A stretch of DNA of 63,248 nt, the filler included, from Aduncisulcus paluster (taxonomy: Eukaryota), in assembly GCA_024181965.1 (NCBI GenBank). It is 23 parts of 23 records of this genome, joined end to end, with 100 filler letters (N's around TTAATTAATTAA, not from the genome) between each part and the next. Parts side by side here need not be neighbours in the genome. Positions count along the whole stretch, not along the records: positions 35,723 to 40,231 come from BQXS01012178.1; positions 40,332 to 47,920 come from BQXS01012179.1; positions 48,021 to 49,970 come from BQXS01012180.1; 20 more parts are not named here. One strand, given 5' to 3'. Positions 35,723 to 49,009 of the stretch are shown here, in pieces (the stretch's first letter is position 1; each line of letters starts with the position of its first letter). The position numbers were made by a program, and so were the translations under genes. The notes beneath the pieces are model-generated. The model made no database searches and was not told the origin of the DNA. It saw only the letters and a list, made by a program, of their open reading frames with translations.

Positions 35723-36854
35723 TGGATGAATCTGTTAAACACTGGGAATCATCAACAGAGTGATGATACCTATCTGATCTAGCGACAAACACAACATCCA
35801 TTCCATCCATCCCAAGGTCGAGATAATTCTTCAGGTCGGTGGCATTCGATATCAGATGTTTCTCCATGATCTCTTGTGTGAGACTATTTCCATAGTACAG
35901 CCCCGAGGGCGATATGAATGGAAGATCAAGGAAGGATAGAAGAGTCTCAGTCATAGAGTCAGGAGGTGGTGATGCTGATGAAGAGAAATTGAACGGACTT
36001 TTGTTCCCCTGAAGAACTCCCCTTGTGATAAGAGATGAGTAGACCTGGGAGATTTGCTCAATGGTGTGCACACTAGAAGGGAATTTGGTCCGAGTGAGTG
36101 AAAGAGCACCTCCACATCCCATGGCTTCAATATTCACGACAAAAGAACATTGTCGAATGAAGGATGAAGCCTGGAATACAGCAGTTGATCCCGACACAGT
36201 ATTCTCTTCCTCTCCAAGGAAGGCAAAGACTATCCCGAAGTTATTTTCACGCATCGATGTGACCAATTCCTTTGAAATCTGTTTCGAGCTCATGAGATCC
36301 CGAATAACCTGGATACTTGTGGCCACACCAAGGAAATCGTCAGAGATTCCTGGTCCAGCAAAAGTGGAATCCACATGGGCAGAAACAAGGATGCAAGGAA
36401 GTTCATCCAAAGGTATTTCTGAATCCCGTAATGCAATTCGGATGACAATCGCCTGAGTTCCCGATGTCCAAAAGTTGACGGAGTGAGCATGCCCCAGAGT
36501 CGTTGTTGTGGATGAACCAGGAGGCAAGCCCTTCTGCTCAATGTCAATTTGGAATATTGGATGTGGAAATACCCTATATCCGGCCATTTGTGAAAAGACA
36601 TAATCCATGGCTCGTTTCCACCCTGGAGTGTACACTTCATGTGAAGAAGGCTGAAGATAGATTTCATGATGCCGAGAGTTATGGGCACTAGAAGCTTCTG
36701 CTTCAACTTCTGCAATAATCTGTTTAATGGATCCAATGGTCTTGGTATCAACTTGGGGGAAAGGCCAGAAATTGAAAATATAAAACCCAAGAAGAATGAC
36801 AACAACAGGAATGGCCAATGGAATGGCTCTATTCGAACATAATGTGTGTGGCAT
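35723..36854 (-). CDS. M28 family metallopeptidase (ERMP1-like), 3' partial
   Basis: N-terminal TM segment, SAHVDS, GPGISDD, GEEE, NIEAMG, TD and YHHSVDD metal-ligand motifs; ATG at 36854. Confidence 0.9.
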
Positions 36855-37247
36855 TATTAATATTAATAGAATCAAACTGAATTTACACAATAAATGTTTT
36901 TTAAGGACGAAATCCAACAATTTCGTTGTGACTGAGCCAAAACGTCCTTAGAGTGTCTATTTGGACAAATAATACGAGAAGAAATTTAAATTCACAATCA
37001 TTCCAATTTTTGTTGATGCTTCCATTATTTTTTCGGCGTTGAGCTTCGAGTTATCCCGATTATATTGTTTCAGTGCCCAACGAAAGTGCTGGACTCACAC
37101 AGATAAGCCTGCTTTGGAATGATGATCATTATCTCTTCTATAAACCCCTTACGTTGTTATTTTCAGTTCATTTCACCGAAAAGCTGGACTTACCGTTTGA
37201 AGCAATCATTGCAAATAAATGATTTATTGACAGTTATGGACAATATT

Positions 37248-40231
37248 TTATGGCGTATTATCGATATCATACGAATAATACTCATTTTCCGAAGGGTCAA
37301 CACTATTATTAGATTCGATATCATCAGGATTATATAAACGTTGCAAGAAATCTTTCTTAATCAATTGAAGTTCTTGCATGGCTTTCATACTCTCTTCCGC
37401 TGACACTAAAGTCGAACCAGAGCGTCTTTTTCCAATTGAAAGAGAAAGAATATTCGATTTGCTAAAGGAACTATGATATTGTTGTTTCGATTTTGCCATT
37501 TTTTTGGGGGTAACTTTTCCGCAGGAATCGAATTGTTGTTGGATGATCATACTCGGATTTTGATCATCTTCGTTGGAAATTAGATCTTGTTTCTCATCTG
37601 AACTATTTACGGAACATTGAGAAGAAAGAGGGATATCTAGTTCCTCCAACAGACCCACTCGCAACAATTCAAGCCACTCCTCCTCTTTTTCCACCAAAGA
37701 TGCAATGGACGGCAAAGACATTATTTGTGGAGTCTGGTATATTGCTTGAATTGAAGTGAAAGGCTGACACAAAGCCATATGATGTTGCATCGCTCGAAGA
37801 ACTTTCGTCACGACGGTAGAGAACTCTGACGAAAGTGGAACTCTCCCAATATCAGCTCGCTGATCATCTGATGCGAGTTTGCCGGAAAAAGAATCCACAG
37901 GTTCATCGTCTTGATCATGCACAAGATTGCTAGTGACCGAATGAATAGTTGAGTATTTTGAGTCACACAACGCAAAAAGAAGAGAAATCAAGGATCGGGT
38001 GATTGAAAACAATATCATGTTGCAATGGGTCAACACAAGGGGAGGAAAAGACGCCGTGAGAGAAATAGAATGAGACAAACATGTGATACTTTCAAGAAAT
38101 GAAACAGTCGACAAAATAATACCGGATAAAGAATTGCAATTTTGTTGGCCATTATCTCCGTACCGTTCATAGTGATGGAAAGAATCATTCAAGATTATCC
38201 CTGTTGAAAAGTTATATCTCTGGGTATGTGAAAATGGTAGAATTATCGAATGTTGTTTTTCCAGCATTCTTTCGTATGCCTGCAGGGATTGCACTATTCT
38301 AAGACCAGCCAATACAAGGGAAAGAATACCATCACATCTGGTCAATGTTGAAGACATGGAAAACATAGAGGACCCAAAGGAAAGAACCATGGTTCCTACT
38401 GATGGCTGTAACGGCAGATCAGACCTTTCTTCCTCCTCAGACCTTTCTTCCTCCTCTATTCCTTGTCTACTGTGGCTACTGTGTGGTATCTTTGGTCTTT
38501 CTATTATCCTGGAAGATCGACGCATTGACACACCGCCCTTCTTCAGTTCGTCTTCATTCCCCATTGTGTATACTGCCTCTCCATGACTACCAACCTTAGT
38601 TCTTCCTTTCCCATCAACGTATTCAGTATGATGGCCGTTTGATGGTTGTTCATGACCGGTTTTAGCCGGCTGAAGAAGAATATCATCACTGGTAGTGCTT
38701 GTTTGATGGAATCCAGTATGTTGTATCAGAGTAGAAGTGGATTGAAGGTCATCAGATCGAATGTAACAATTCCTGCAGGCCGCAACAAACCCGTCTAGAC
38801 TACATGATAGAAGAGTTGTTAAGATATGGAACGGAGTAAACTTAGAACATGTGTCAATCAGAGCAGAAACGTAACACACAAGACCTTCAAGTTTTTCAAA
38901 AGAGGAAGGAAAAGGAGAATTAACGGGATAAAACTCACGATCGCTGACCGATGATGGTGATCTTCCAACATTTGAGGAATAACCTGGGTAAACATACTGT
39001 CCATCTGAGACCTGGGATGATGAGAAACAAGATGGAGCAATGTGAAATATCTTACGAGAATTAGGGAAGCAGGTAGAAGGGACAAGATAAGGGAAAGATG
39101 CTTTAATGAGTTGAAGAAGTGATGGATAGAATCTACATTGTAACGTTCTTCTTATGGTGGGTGCAACTATCTTTGTTGAAGACGACTGCATATCAATGTC
39201 TTTGGTTTGAGGGTTGAGTCGACGAGACCGAGATTTTGATAATAAACCACTGAACTCTTTTTCCTTGGGTATCGGAGCTTCCTTGCAGAGCCATTCAAGG
39301 ATACCAACGAACAAGGCCAAGTTAAGCTCCCTTCTACCCACAGGTCGAGTTTGAAAGAGTGACACCGACTCACTCGATACATGTGGAAATATCGAAGCAG
39401 AAGATAGTGATAACAACGTACATAGAGTAAAGAGGGGAGTATAAACAATATATGGCGACGGATGGTGAATAGATGATAAGGATGCAGACAACACAGGCTT
39501 GGACATAACAGCAGATGGATGAGGATTGAAAGGAAGTGGAATATGGGATGAAGGATTAAGGGGAGGAGCTTTCAGAAGACATTGCTGGGAATATAGCTCA
39601 CATGATAATAGAGGATCATCAATGGATGAGTATCTTGGAGTATATTGACCATCAGATCTGGCAGAGTGGTCTTCTGAAGAATCCTTCTCTTCCTCTCCCT
39701 CTTCCTCTTCCTCTTCCTCTTCTTTCCTTCGGGATGAGAAAGTATCTTTCCAATTATTTGCACCACTACTATGTCTAAGCTGAGTAATTGTACGAATGGT
39801 CCAGTCCTGAATGGTTGAGGCACAGGCATATACGGCGACAGAGAGAGCGAGATGAGAATGAGTGTCCCTAAATATAGACAAACCATCAACAAGATGCTGG
39901 TAAATTTCACACGGAGATGAGAATATAACTCCCTTGAAACTGAGGAGAGAGCTATTTATAGATGAGAAAGAAAGAGGAAGAGAGTAAATATGACAGATGG
40001 CAATGGCACACATCTGGAGTCGCAATGAAAGTTTGATTCGACTTTCCTTAATATCGAATTCTTTAATGCCATTCAGGGGCTTATTCTTCTTGCTTCCTCT
40101 TCCTTTTCCTTTTTCTTTTCTATCACCACGTCTTTCTTCTTCCTCTTCATCATCATCCTCCTCTTCCTCTTCATGATCACCTATTCCAATGTCTATGTAC
40201 TCACCACTTTCCTCGATTCTTTGTTGCTCAG
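37248..40231 (-). CDS. Large hypothetical protein, 5' partial
   Basis: Single frame of about 990 codons, open from the contig end. Confidence 0.75.
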
Positions 40232-40331
40232 NNNNNNNNNNNNNNNNNNNNNNNNNNNNNNNNNNNNNNNNNNNNTTAATTAATTAANNNNNNNNNNNNN
40301 NNNNNNNNNNNNNNNNNNNNNNNNNNNNNNN

Positions 40332-41889
40332 CTCCCTCTTCTTCTTCTTCTTCCCCATCTTCCTGGTCATCATCATCATTCTCCAGAGTGATCATATCTT
40401 CCTTGACCTTGTCCTCTATTTCACTTTTAAACCCCTCTTCCTTCCCTTCTTTCCGCCCATGAATCTCACTGAAGTCATCCCCGGCATATGATCTAAGCAG
40501 ACTCAGAAGCATGCAAACAGCACCATCTACCTCACATCCAATGGCAGCAAAGAGCATGATAACATCAGTGGTAGCCATCAGAGAGGAGAATCCGATCGAA
40601 TGAGAGTGGGAAAGCAGGCTTCCTTGGTGTAAAAGACCATAGAAAGGGATTGTTCTTGACTCCGATGATTGGATTCCAAGCTTGGTTTTCATTTTCTTCT
40701 CTTTCTCTTTACGTTTGGACTCCATCTTTTCCTCAAGCCAAGAAAGTTTACGCTTCTTTTTGTTATCCAATGCTCTTCTTTGGAGTTCTTTTCGAAGAAT
40801 TAGAGATGTAAATATAGTTTTCACATCATCATCAGCACTTTTTGAGAAGAAAAACACCCCTCTGACATAACGCATATTAACAAACTTAAATATATCCTTA
40901 AGATTGGTCTCATCAAGCTTCAAGAAACCACTACCGTTGAATCTAGTAATAATCATTCTTACTTGCTCCTTAAGTTCTCCAGAAACAAAGAGCACTCGTT
41001 CTTTTCTAATCCCATGATTACAATGGAAGAATTCAGACAAAAATGAGCCGTATCCTTTCAGAATTGGAGGTTGACCAAACACAACGATAAGAGGCAGAGG
41101 TTTTTTCGGTTGAATCTTACCAAATAAAACTTTCATATCTGGAATATCAGAGAGCTTGGATACTACAAATGGCATGAGAAAGATGGTTCCATAAATAAAC
41201 AGAATAACGACGAGACGTCCGACCTGCGTTTGAGGAGAGACATCACCGTATCCAATCGTTGTAATGGTGGCTGTAGTAAAATAAATGCCACTGAGAAATG
41301 AGAGTTCCTGAACATCGTATATTTCATACTCGATAAGACGAAATATACCAGCGAATAAACACAAAACAACCAGAACGATGTAAATAACATTGACAATCTT
41401 GCGAATAAATAGAGGGAGCGTGGAGAAGTGGGTTAGTTTTGAAAGGACAGACCGTAGTCGAAAAACAATGAAATATTCGAACGAAAGGTTAAAAAAACTA
41501 AATGGAACAAGTCCTTTCATATCAAATGAAGAATATCGAAAATGCCGAACAATCGTGGGCAGAGTAGCAAATAAATCGCTTAAAAGCATTAAAAATGCCT
41601 CTAAATTAAACACTCGATAGAGATTTGGGGTAATGAAAAAGGCTAAGAAAGATAGAGGAAGAAGAATAAAAGCAAGAATAACAAGAACATTTAGCAAGAA
41701 CTTGCTATCAGTTAATGCAGGCTCAGTCAAAAGCCCATATATAATAATATACATTCCCAATAAAATCGCATATATAGTTAAGTACATTTTTTCCGATTTC
41801 GACCCCATAAATCGCGCAATGTTTTGTTCTCGACGCGATTTAATCTGTGGAAGGATAAATTCCAAATTATTTTCTAAATTTTGACTCAT
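40332..41889 (-). CDS. 6TM potassium channel with RCK-like cytosolic region (Slo/BK-like), 3' partial
   Basis: Pore TATITTIGYGDVSP, preceding TM helices and downstream LIVVFG...EFFH...DVKTIF RCK-like motifs. Confidence 0.9.
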
Positions 41890-42057
41890 ATTATTAAATT
41901 CTTAATGTAATAATACCCGCAAAACGACAAATTAAAATTCTTGATAAAATGCCCCTATTTAAAGTAAAAAAGCTGCTCCAATTCTATCAGTAATATTTCA
42001 GTAAATATTAATTTTATTTTTAAATACACTAATAAACGAATAGAAATGCGATATTAT

Positions 42058-44030
42058 CTATTTTCGAATGATTCCGCTACGCCTGGCCGCTTGTTGATGA
42101 ATAGCCCCAGATAAAGCTGCACTAACATTACCACTTCCTGCTATAGCATGCCCCAAAGGATCTCTTGACCCCTGAGCAGCCAAATCAGCCACAGTCCTGC
42201 CCATAGGTTCTGGAGGCTCTGGTGAATCGACGATTGTTCGCCCCATCCGTCCTGAACTTGGTAAGTCTGCCCCCTGAACACTCATTGCAATCGGAAGGTC
42301 TGCTTTATCAGCCTTCAACCACAGAGCTCTTCTCACATCGTTCCAAGCAGCCTTTGTGGCCAAGTTCTTGGTTGTTTGCTGTCTTAATTCCGCCATTCTT
42401 CCTTCCAGAGATGCCAATGCAGCAGTTCTAGACTCCTTTTCTCCGTCTAGATCATCTCCAAGCTTGCCAATTCGTAATCTGATATCGGATATTGTTCCAT
42501 TAACCTCGACCACCCGTTTCTTCCACTTTGTATCCCATTCTTCTCTATTTCTCCTGAACTCTCCTGTGCTCTTCTTCAGTTTATCATGCGTTTGCTGAAG
42601 CTGCATCGAGAGACGAGCAATGGTCTCATCAATATGTTTCTTCAAATCCACCTCGACTTTCTTAACAGCAACCGTAGCAGAAATAGCATCATCTTTGATC
42701 CTCCGTGACATCATTTGCGTGTCTTGTTCTATTTTGGCTATTCTTCCGGCAAAGTTCCTTTGATCTAACAGAGCCTGTTCGATATCCTTGTTCAGACAAC
42801 CAAGACGATCAGAGGCAGCGTCCATCTCACGTCGCATCTCAAGTCTTGTCTGCTCCAGCATATCTTGAGTCATCCGAGAGTGCTCTTGGAGCTGTGTATC
42901 AACCTTAGTATTGAGATCTTCAAGCATTTTCTTGAGATCACAGAGAGTTTCTTCAATAACGGCATGCCTTCCGGTCACAGCTTCAGTATCTTCTTCTCTT
43001 GCACGTTTCTCTTCTTCGAACACACGGACACAATATGCCTCGATCTTCTCCTGTGTTTCCTTCAACCCTTCTCCAAGACGATGCTCAAGACGATCCACAC
43101 GAGAGGTTAAATCAAGGGAAAGAGCTTTGATGGGATCAATACTGCCACGAATAGCAGCAATACTCGTCGTGGTTTCCTCCTTCAGGGTTTCTATTCGGGT
43201 AGATAAAGCAGAAGATTGAGAGTCAATGAATGCAACGCGATCACCATGATGAAGAAGCTCTTTTTCAATGCCAGTTGTCTTTAATAGGATCTTATCAAGC
43301 GTTTCTTGCATTNNNNNNNNNNNNNNNNNNNNCTCGTCGTGGTTTCCTCCTTCAGGGTTTCTATTCGGGTAGATAAAGCAGAAGATTGAGAGTCAATGAA
43401 TGCAACGCGATCACCATGATGAAGAAGCTCTTTTTCAATGCCAGTTGTCTTTAATAGGATCTTATCAAGCGTTTCTTGCATTGATCCCTTTGTTGTGCGC
43501 AAATTCCTATCGATTCCAGATACTCTTTCTTCGGCACCTCTCAACAATCCATGTAAATCGGTGGCATTATCAATTCCTTCGCGTAACTTTGACACTTTTA
43601 ATTGTAATGATTCAAGTTGATCCGTCATATCTGTTGCAAATTCTGTATGACCAAGTTCCATGGTATCCAATTCTTCACGAAGCTTAATAAAACGGTCGTC
43701 GGCTCGTTTCCTATCTTCTTTATGTTGTAATATGCTTGACATCTCTATTTTTGTTACCTTTCCATCCATTTCACCACCAATGCTTAATAATAACGACTTG
43801 ACAGTTTTTAATTCAGATGATAGACGTGCCATCTTTTGTCGAACTGCAATTGGAATATCTAGAGTCCATTCTTCATCTTCTTTGGATATGGCCTGTGAAT
43901 CCATTAATGGTCTTGAAGATAATTGCCTTCTACCATCTCGGACGGATCGAACAGCAGAATCAGGAGCTTTGGAAGGTGGTTGAGGGACTATTCCTGTCAA
44001 AAATCCCCCCCTACTATGTGTTTTTCTCAT
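42058..44030 (-). CDS. Long coiled-coil protein (one gene split by a gap duplication)
   Basis: ORFs 43281..44030 and 42058..43311 share the duplicated 150 bp (43163-43312 = 43333-43482) around a 20-N gap; KAD/KED repeats. Confidence 0.8.
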
Positions 44031-44159
44031 ATTATATTGTTAAATATGTGTTAATTTGTTGTTCGACACAAAAAATGAAATTTCTTGTAAAATGCTTAGA
44101 TAAACCGTATATTACGATTTAATGCAGTAAAATATATTTTAAACCTTTATTCAAATGCA

Positions 44160-44762
44160 TTATCTTCTTAAAATCCGAATTATTATGTATATAGCCAATA
44201 GAGCAAGAAATCCAATTATTACAATCAACCAAATGTCATGTTGACCCTTTAATATTGAGAGTGCAAATACTCTTCCTTTATCAATAAGAGAACCGATTCC
44301 TTTAACCCCGTCTGTGATGAGATCTAGTCTTTCTTCATCATCATGGAGATCAGCGGCAACACCAGTCGCCACTCCGATCATTGAATGGGTTTTTTGCAAA
44401 GAATCTCTCAATTGTCTATTCATTTTACCTTCAATATGCTGTTCTTCTTCTTCCCAACGTTTTCTCACATCTCGTTCAAGAATGGCTTCCTTCTGAGATT
44501 CTTGATGATATCTCAAGACACTTTCAACTTCTTCACGCAAGGATTCACTTTTCTTACGCAAAGCATTGGAGTGAGTGATCCAAGCGGCTCTATCTGAGGG
44601 TGGAAGATGAGGCACCTTCTCATCCAAACTATCGACTAAACTACACAATTTATCACAATGGGATCTAACAATTCGCGTATCAACTTTATCTCGCGACAAA
44701 ATATGATCCAATTCATTCGCTATCTCTTTCGCTTGACTATGTATCCGTTTGACGTCTTCCAT
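44160..44762 (-). CDS. Qb-SNARE-like tail-anchored protein (membrin/Bos1/Vti1 type)
   Basis: 200 aa; N-terminal three-helix region, SNARE-like heptads and a C-terminal TM segment. Confidence 0.7.
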   Translation of the reverse strand: MEDVKRIHSQAKEIANELDHILSRDKVDTRIVRSHCDKLCSLVDSLDEKVPHLPPSDRAAWITHSNALRKKSESLREEVESVLRYHQESQKEAILERDVRKRWEEEEQHIEGKMNRQLRDSLQKTHSMIGVATGVAADLHDDEERLDLITDGVKGIGSLIDKGRVFALSILKGQHDIWLIVIIGFLALLAIYIIIRILRR

Positions 44763-45022
44763 CTTCTAATGTTTTGATTAAATATACTTTAAATGTGATG
44801 ATATAGAAAACTTATTCCGATATAATTTCAAAAATACTTTTTAAAAATCGTAAATTAATTCAATATTTGTGATTCGGAGAGGAAAAACGGGCAGATCTGA
44901 ACTTTGCCTCGTACATCTCCTGACAGATTTGTTTTAATCGATATTGGTTCGTTACCATGAAGTTAGTTTATTCAAAATAAAATAATTAATCAATAAAAAT
45001 ATAAAATAATATAAAGAAAACC

Positions 45023-45668
45023 TTAGACCACAACCTCTTCATCACGGATATAAATACCAAGATCTTCCTGATGTAAAACGACTATAGAAGCTGGTTCTGC
45101 AACTGAAACATCACTAGATGATCTGGCTGTGATCCCGAATCCAATAGGTTGATCGCCGGCATTGTAAACGACAACTCCTTGGTTTCTGGGAGTATTTTCT
45201 GTCATTCTAACGAGACCAGCTTTTGGAATATTGTGTTTATATAAGAAAGAAAGTTCAGCTCCAGCCTTAACCCATACACGGTATTTGGCATATTGGGCAA
45301 TATATGGTAAAGCAGTAATATGAAGGTGGAAATTTCCACCATGAGTAAACTTTCCAAAGCAAACTCCACACATTTTTAATAGTTTTTTATCAACAATTGT
45401 AGCTTTATCTCTCAATTCATTTCTCATATAAAATACTCTATCTTTAATCAACATAAAAGAATGAGGATCATCAGATCTTTTTAGTAGCTTCTCCACATCG
45501 GATCCTATGCTAAAATATTATGAATATAACCGAAAAAATACATTAGACGAACATTCATGCGTTTATCTCAAAAACGTGGGGAAAACCAGAACAAATAATG
45601 TAAGAAACATACAATTTAGACAGTTTCGAGAAGAATAATTCAGCTTCTTTCTTCGATAGCTTCCTCAT
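45023..45668 (-). CDS. NIP7: 60S ribosome biogenesis protein NIP7; intron 45612-45510
   Basis: Spliced MRKLSKKEAELFFSKLSKF|IGSD...; CFGKFTH, FHLHITAL, VWVK...E.SFLY, GVVVY, HQEDLG.YIRDE. Intron GTATGT...TTTTAG of 103 nt. Confidence 0.95.
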
Positions 45669-45758
45669 TGCTTTCCAACTGGTGAGTTGATCGAATCCAC
45701 ATTATTATTCTCAGGAAGTAGAAGTCATCTCTTTTTGGCGATTCGACCCAATATTGAA

Positions 45759-46279
45759 ATGAAAAATTATAGCTTAAAAGAATTTGGCGCTTCTCTAAAA
45801 GAATTTACAAGTCAATAGTATGTTTTATACCCTTACTACAGTGATTTTACCTTTCTTCTGATTTTAGCTTATTTACGTCGTTTCACATTTATATTATTCT
45901 ACTTTTTAGTCATCATGAATCAAGATGTATCAATATTCTGCTTAGAGATCCAGGATTATGCTGGTTTACATCTGTTTTCGAACCTCTCCCCCAACATGTT
46001 GTAATTGATATGGGCAAAGAAATTACCATGCACAAAGTTGGCATTTTTTTGCACGGTGAAAATAATCAGAACCCTAAGAGAATCAAATTCGAAATATCGA
46101 AAAACATGAAAGAATGGAAAGAAATTGTTGAAAGTGAGGTTGAATGGAGAGGTGGCGATCATATGTGGGGTATTCCCAAAGATACAACCTTTGAAGGAAG
46201 ATATTGCAGATATACAATCATGGAAAATTTCGGTGGAAGTGGAGCTTATACAACTAAACTCTATTTGTTTGGTAAATAA
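45759..46279 (+). CDS. Small galactose-binding-like (F5/8 type C, IFT25/APC10-like) domain protein; intron 45818-45909
   Basis: Spliced MKNYSLKEFGASLKEFTSQY|HHESRCINILL...WFT...LPQHVVIDMG...GRYCRYTIMENFGG...LYLFG, about 142 aa. Intron GTATGT...TTTTAG of 92 nt. Confidence 0.75.
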
Positions 46280-46705
46280 CCGCTTTATTCATTTTTTTAA
46301 CAATATAACTATTTCTTAGACTTGCTTGCTCTTATAAATAAATCATTTTTTTTAGATCTTTACCACTCCCTTCCTGCTATCCAGGAAAAACACCTTTTGG
46401 CCATATACACAAACTTCTAGATTTTCATAGATACATAATATCNNNNNNNNNNNNNNNNNNNNGATATTGCAGATATACAATCATGGAAAATTTCGGTGGA
46501 AGTGGAGCTTATACAACTAAACTCTATTTGTTTGGTAAATAACCGCTTTATTCATTTTTTTAACAATATAACTATTTCTTAGACTTGCTTGCTCTTATAA
46601 ATAAATCATTTTTTTTAGATCTTTACCACTCCCTTCCTGCTATCCAGGAAAAACACCTTTTGGCCATATACACAAACTTCTAGATTTTCATAGATACATA
46701 ATATC
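46200..46705. repeat. 243-bp duplication flanking a 20-N gap (unmerged overlap)
   Basis: 46200-46442 matches 46463-46705. Confidence 0.9.
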
Positions 46706-46713
46706 GAATTTAT

Positions 46714-47920
46714 ATGTCAATACTTACCCAATTAGCTGGAATTGTTGGGATTATTATCCCAACTTTGACTAACATTGGAAGAATAATCAAAATGTTGAAA
46801 ATTAACAAGGATACGAATTTTTCAAGGAGTCTCATTCTCTTTATTTCATATGGTTTTGGTGGATTTGCAGATTGTACAATGCTATATCTATTTCTTCGTT
46901 GTACAACCATTGCAATTAATTATATCGGTCGATCCAGTGCTCCTGCAAGTGATGCCCTTAGAATTGACAATACTCTATTTTTAATATCAGCCTTTTTGAA
47001 GTTAATTGCTGTATTTTTAGCCAATTACGTTTATTCTTGTAGTGATGTTATTATTATCGATTGGGAGGCTCCTCGTGGCGCTGACGAACATTCAATGATA
47101 GGAATTGGTAATGAAGGGCCTACCTCATCCAAAGATGAAGAAAGTGAAGAGTCATATTCAGAGGAAGAAGAAGAAGAATCATCATCTTCGGAACCGTCTT
47201 CCTCTTCTTCTCACGTCGATAGGAGACGAAGAAAACAACAATCCAAACGTAAAAATAAGAAGAAAAAGGATGAATATAGCGATGAATATAGCGATGAAGA
47301 AGATGAAGATGAAGAAGAAGAAGAAGAAGAGGAGGAGGAGGAGGAGGAGGAAGAGGAAGAGGAAGAGGAAGAATCGGATAGTGAAAGACCAAAGAAATCT
47401 AAAAAATCTAAGTCAAAGAAGAAGAAGAGCAGGAAAGACGATAAAAAACAAAAAGCAAAAGAAAAGAAAGCCAAAGCTGATAAACTCCGTGCCAAGAAAG
47501 AAAAAGAAAGGAAAAAGAAAGAAATTGAACGCAAAATGAAGATTGCTCGTGCGAAAGAGAAGTTCGATAAGCGTCAAGCCAGAGAAGCCAGGAAGAAACC
47601 AAAGCCTCCCAAGCAAGGAGATGTTTCATGCTGGCGTCGGTTATTTGTTGCAAATCAATGGGCTAAACTCCAGGCATCCCGTCATACCAGTACAGCCTTC
47701 ACCATTCTAACGACTCTCTTTATTTTCTATCTCATTGGATGGTGGTCAAAAGATGTCTATTCCAGTCAAATCATCCGTATATTCTACATTTGTCTGTGCA
47801 TAAGCATTATATCTCTCATCCAATGGGTATTTAGGGCTGCTATCTTAACACGCATTGTACCGTTGGCCACCCACTCGTTCCCTAGTCTTCTGAGTACCTG
47901 CAATTGCTCTCTCCTGGTTC
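46714..47920 (+). CDS. TMEM67: Meckelin (TMEM67/MKS3)-like membrane protein, 3' partial
   Basis: DVIIIDWEAPRG and VSCWRRLFVANQWAKLQ match the meckelin motifs D.F.IDWE.P and VS.WR..FVANEW..IQ; also LIQWVF and LLSTCNCSL. Confidence 0.8.
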
Positions 47921-48022
47921 NNNNNNNNNNNNNNNNNNNNNNNNNNNNNNNNNNNNNNNNNNNNTTAATTAATTAANNNNNNNNNNNNNNNNNNNNNNNN
48001 NNNNNNNNNNNNNNNNNNNNAT

Positions 48023-49009
48023 GAGAAAGGCATTATCAAGGAAACGTATACTAAGATAGTCGATGAGAATGCGAGTATTTTTGTCAAATTTATTAAAAAT
48101 GGGATGATATTCTTTAAAAAAGCATCGGTTGCTGCGGTTCTAACAGAGAAATTTATCAAATCGAGTATACATCAAGTTAAACCTGATCTCAAAATGATTT
48201 CTAAACATTTCGGTATTTTTGAAGCTGTTCAGCGGAATTCCTTCTCCAAAATCTGTGCCTGTTTGAAGACAAGGGTTATTCCATCTCTTGCTTCCCATAC
48301 AGACATCTCTCCCATGTTTATTGCTGAGAAGATGTATGATTGTGATTGTGTGTGTACACTTGCGAACAACCCGACAAATTGTCCCCATGATGCGATCTTC
48401 TCACCAAGTGTCAGCACTTTGTTTGATCCTGAGTTGTTCTATACAATGTGTGCCATGGCCAATTCTGGACACGTGAGTGTGTGTTTCTTCAGGGATCAGT
48501 CGAATCGCTATAGTTTATTAAAATTACGAGAAGCGAAAGATGAGGACAATTTCAAGATTGCTCTCGGGAATATGATGTCATTGCACCGAATTGGATATTT
48601 AGAGCTTGGTATGGGCAAGAAACCCCAGTATAAACAATACAATTATCCGGGAAGGTTTCCTTTAGGCTTTCATATTGATTCCATAAATGATGGGAAGAAG
48701 TTAAATCCATTCGAATCCATATACCGAGTTCTAATTCTTGATGGATATCCCATTTTGATTGTATTTCCTGTTGGCCAAGTCATCTTCACAAGCGACAGTT
48801 GGAAAAATCGCGTTAAGAGTATTATTGTTCCAGAATATGCCCCAAATATACACGATCTGGATGAGTTGAGATGCCAAGGATGTGCCAACGCGATGGTAAA
48901 TTACAAAATCGAAAGTACCTCAGCTGGGAAAATGCTTGAAATCTTGAAACATGGGAAAATAGTTTTCGAGACGCTCCGAGAATCTATTATATCTGATGAA
49001 GAATATTAA
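48023..49009 (+). CDS. Hypothetical globular protein, 5' partial
   Basis: Frame open from the contig start to TAA at 49009; no recognised motif. Confidence 0.65.
   Translation, partial: EKGIIKETYTKIVDENASIFVKFIKNGMIFFKKASVAAVLTEKFIKSSIHQVKPDLKMISKHFGIFEAVQRNSFSKICACLKTRVIPSLASHTDISPMFIAEKMYDCDCVCTLANNPTNCPHDAIFSPSVSTLFDPELFYTMCAMANSGHVSVCFFRDQSNRYSLLKLREAKDEDNFKIALGNMMSLHRIGYLELGMGKKPQYKQYNYPGRFPLGFHIDSINDGKKLNPFESIYRVLILDGYPILIVFPVGQVIFTSDSWKNRVKSIIVPEYAPNIHDLDELRCQGCANAMVNYKIESTSAGKMLEILKHGKIVFETLRESIISDEEY

Noticed and set aside
37060..37230. C/D snoRNA, U1-like RNA or spliced micro-ORF in the intergenic region
   Set aside because: Only isolated motifs (ATGATGA, AACGAAAG, ACTTACC) are present, without correct box-guide geometry or an Sm site.
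43163..43482. Internal gene duplication
   Set aside because: Identical 150 bp on both sides of a 20-N scaffold gap, which indicates an unmerged overlap.
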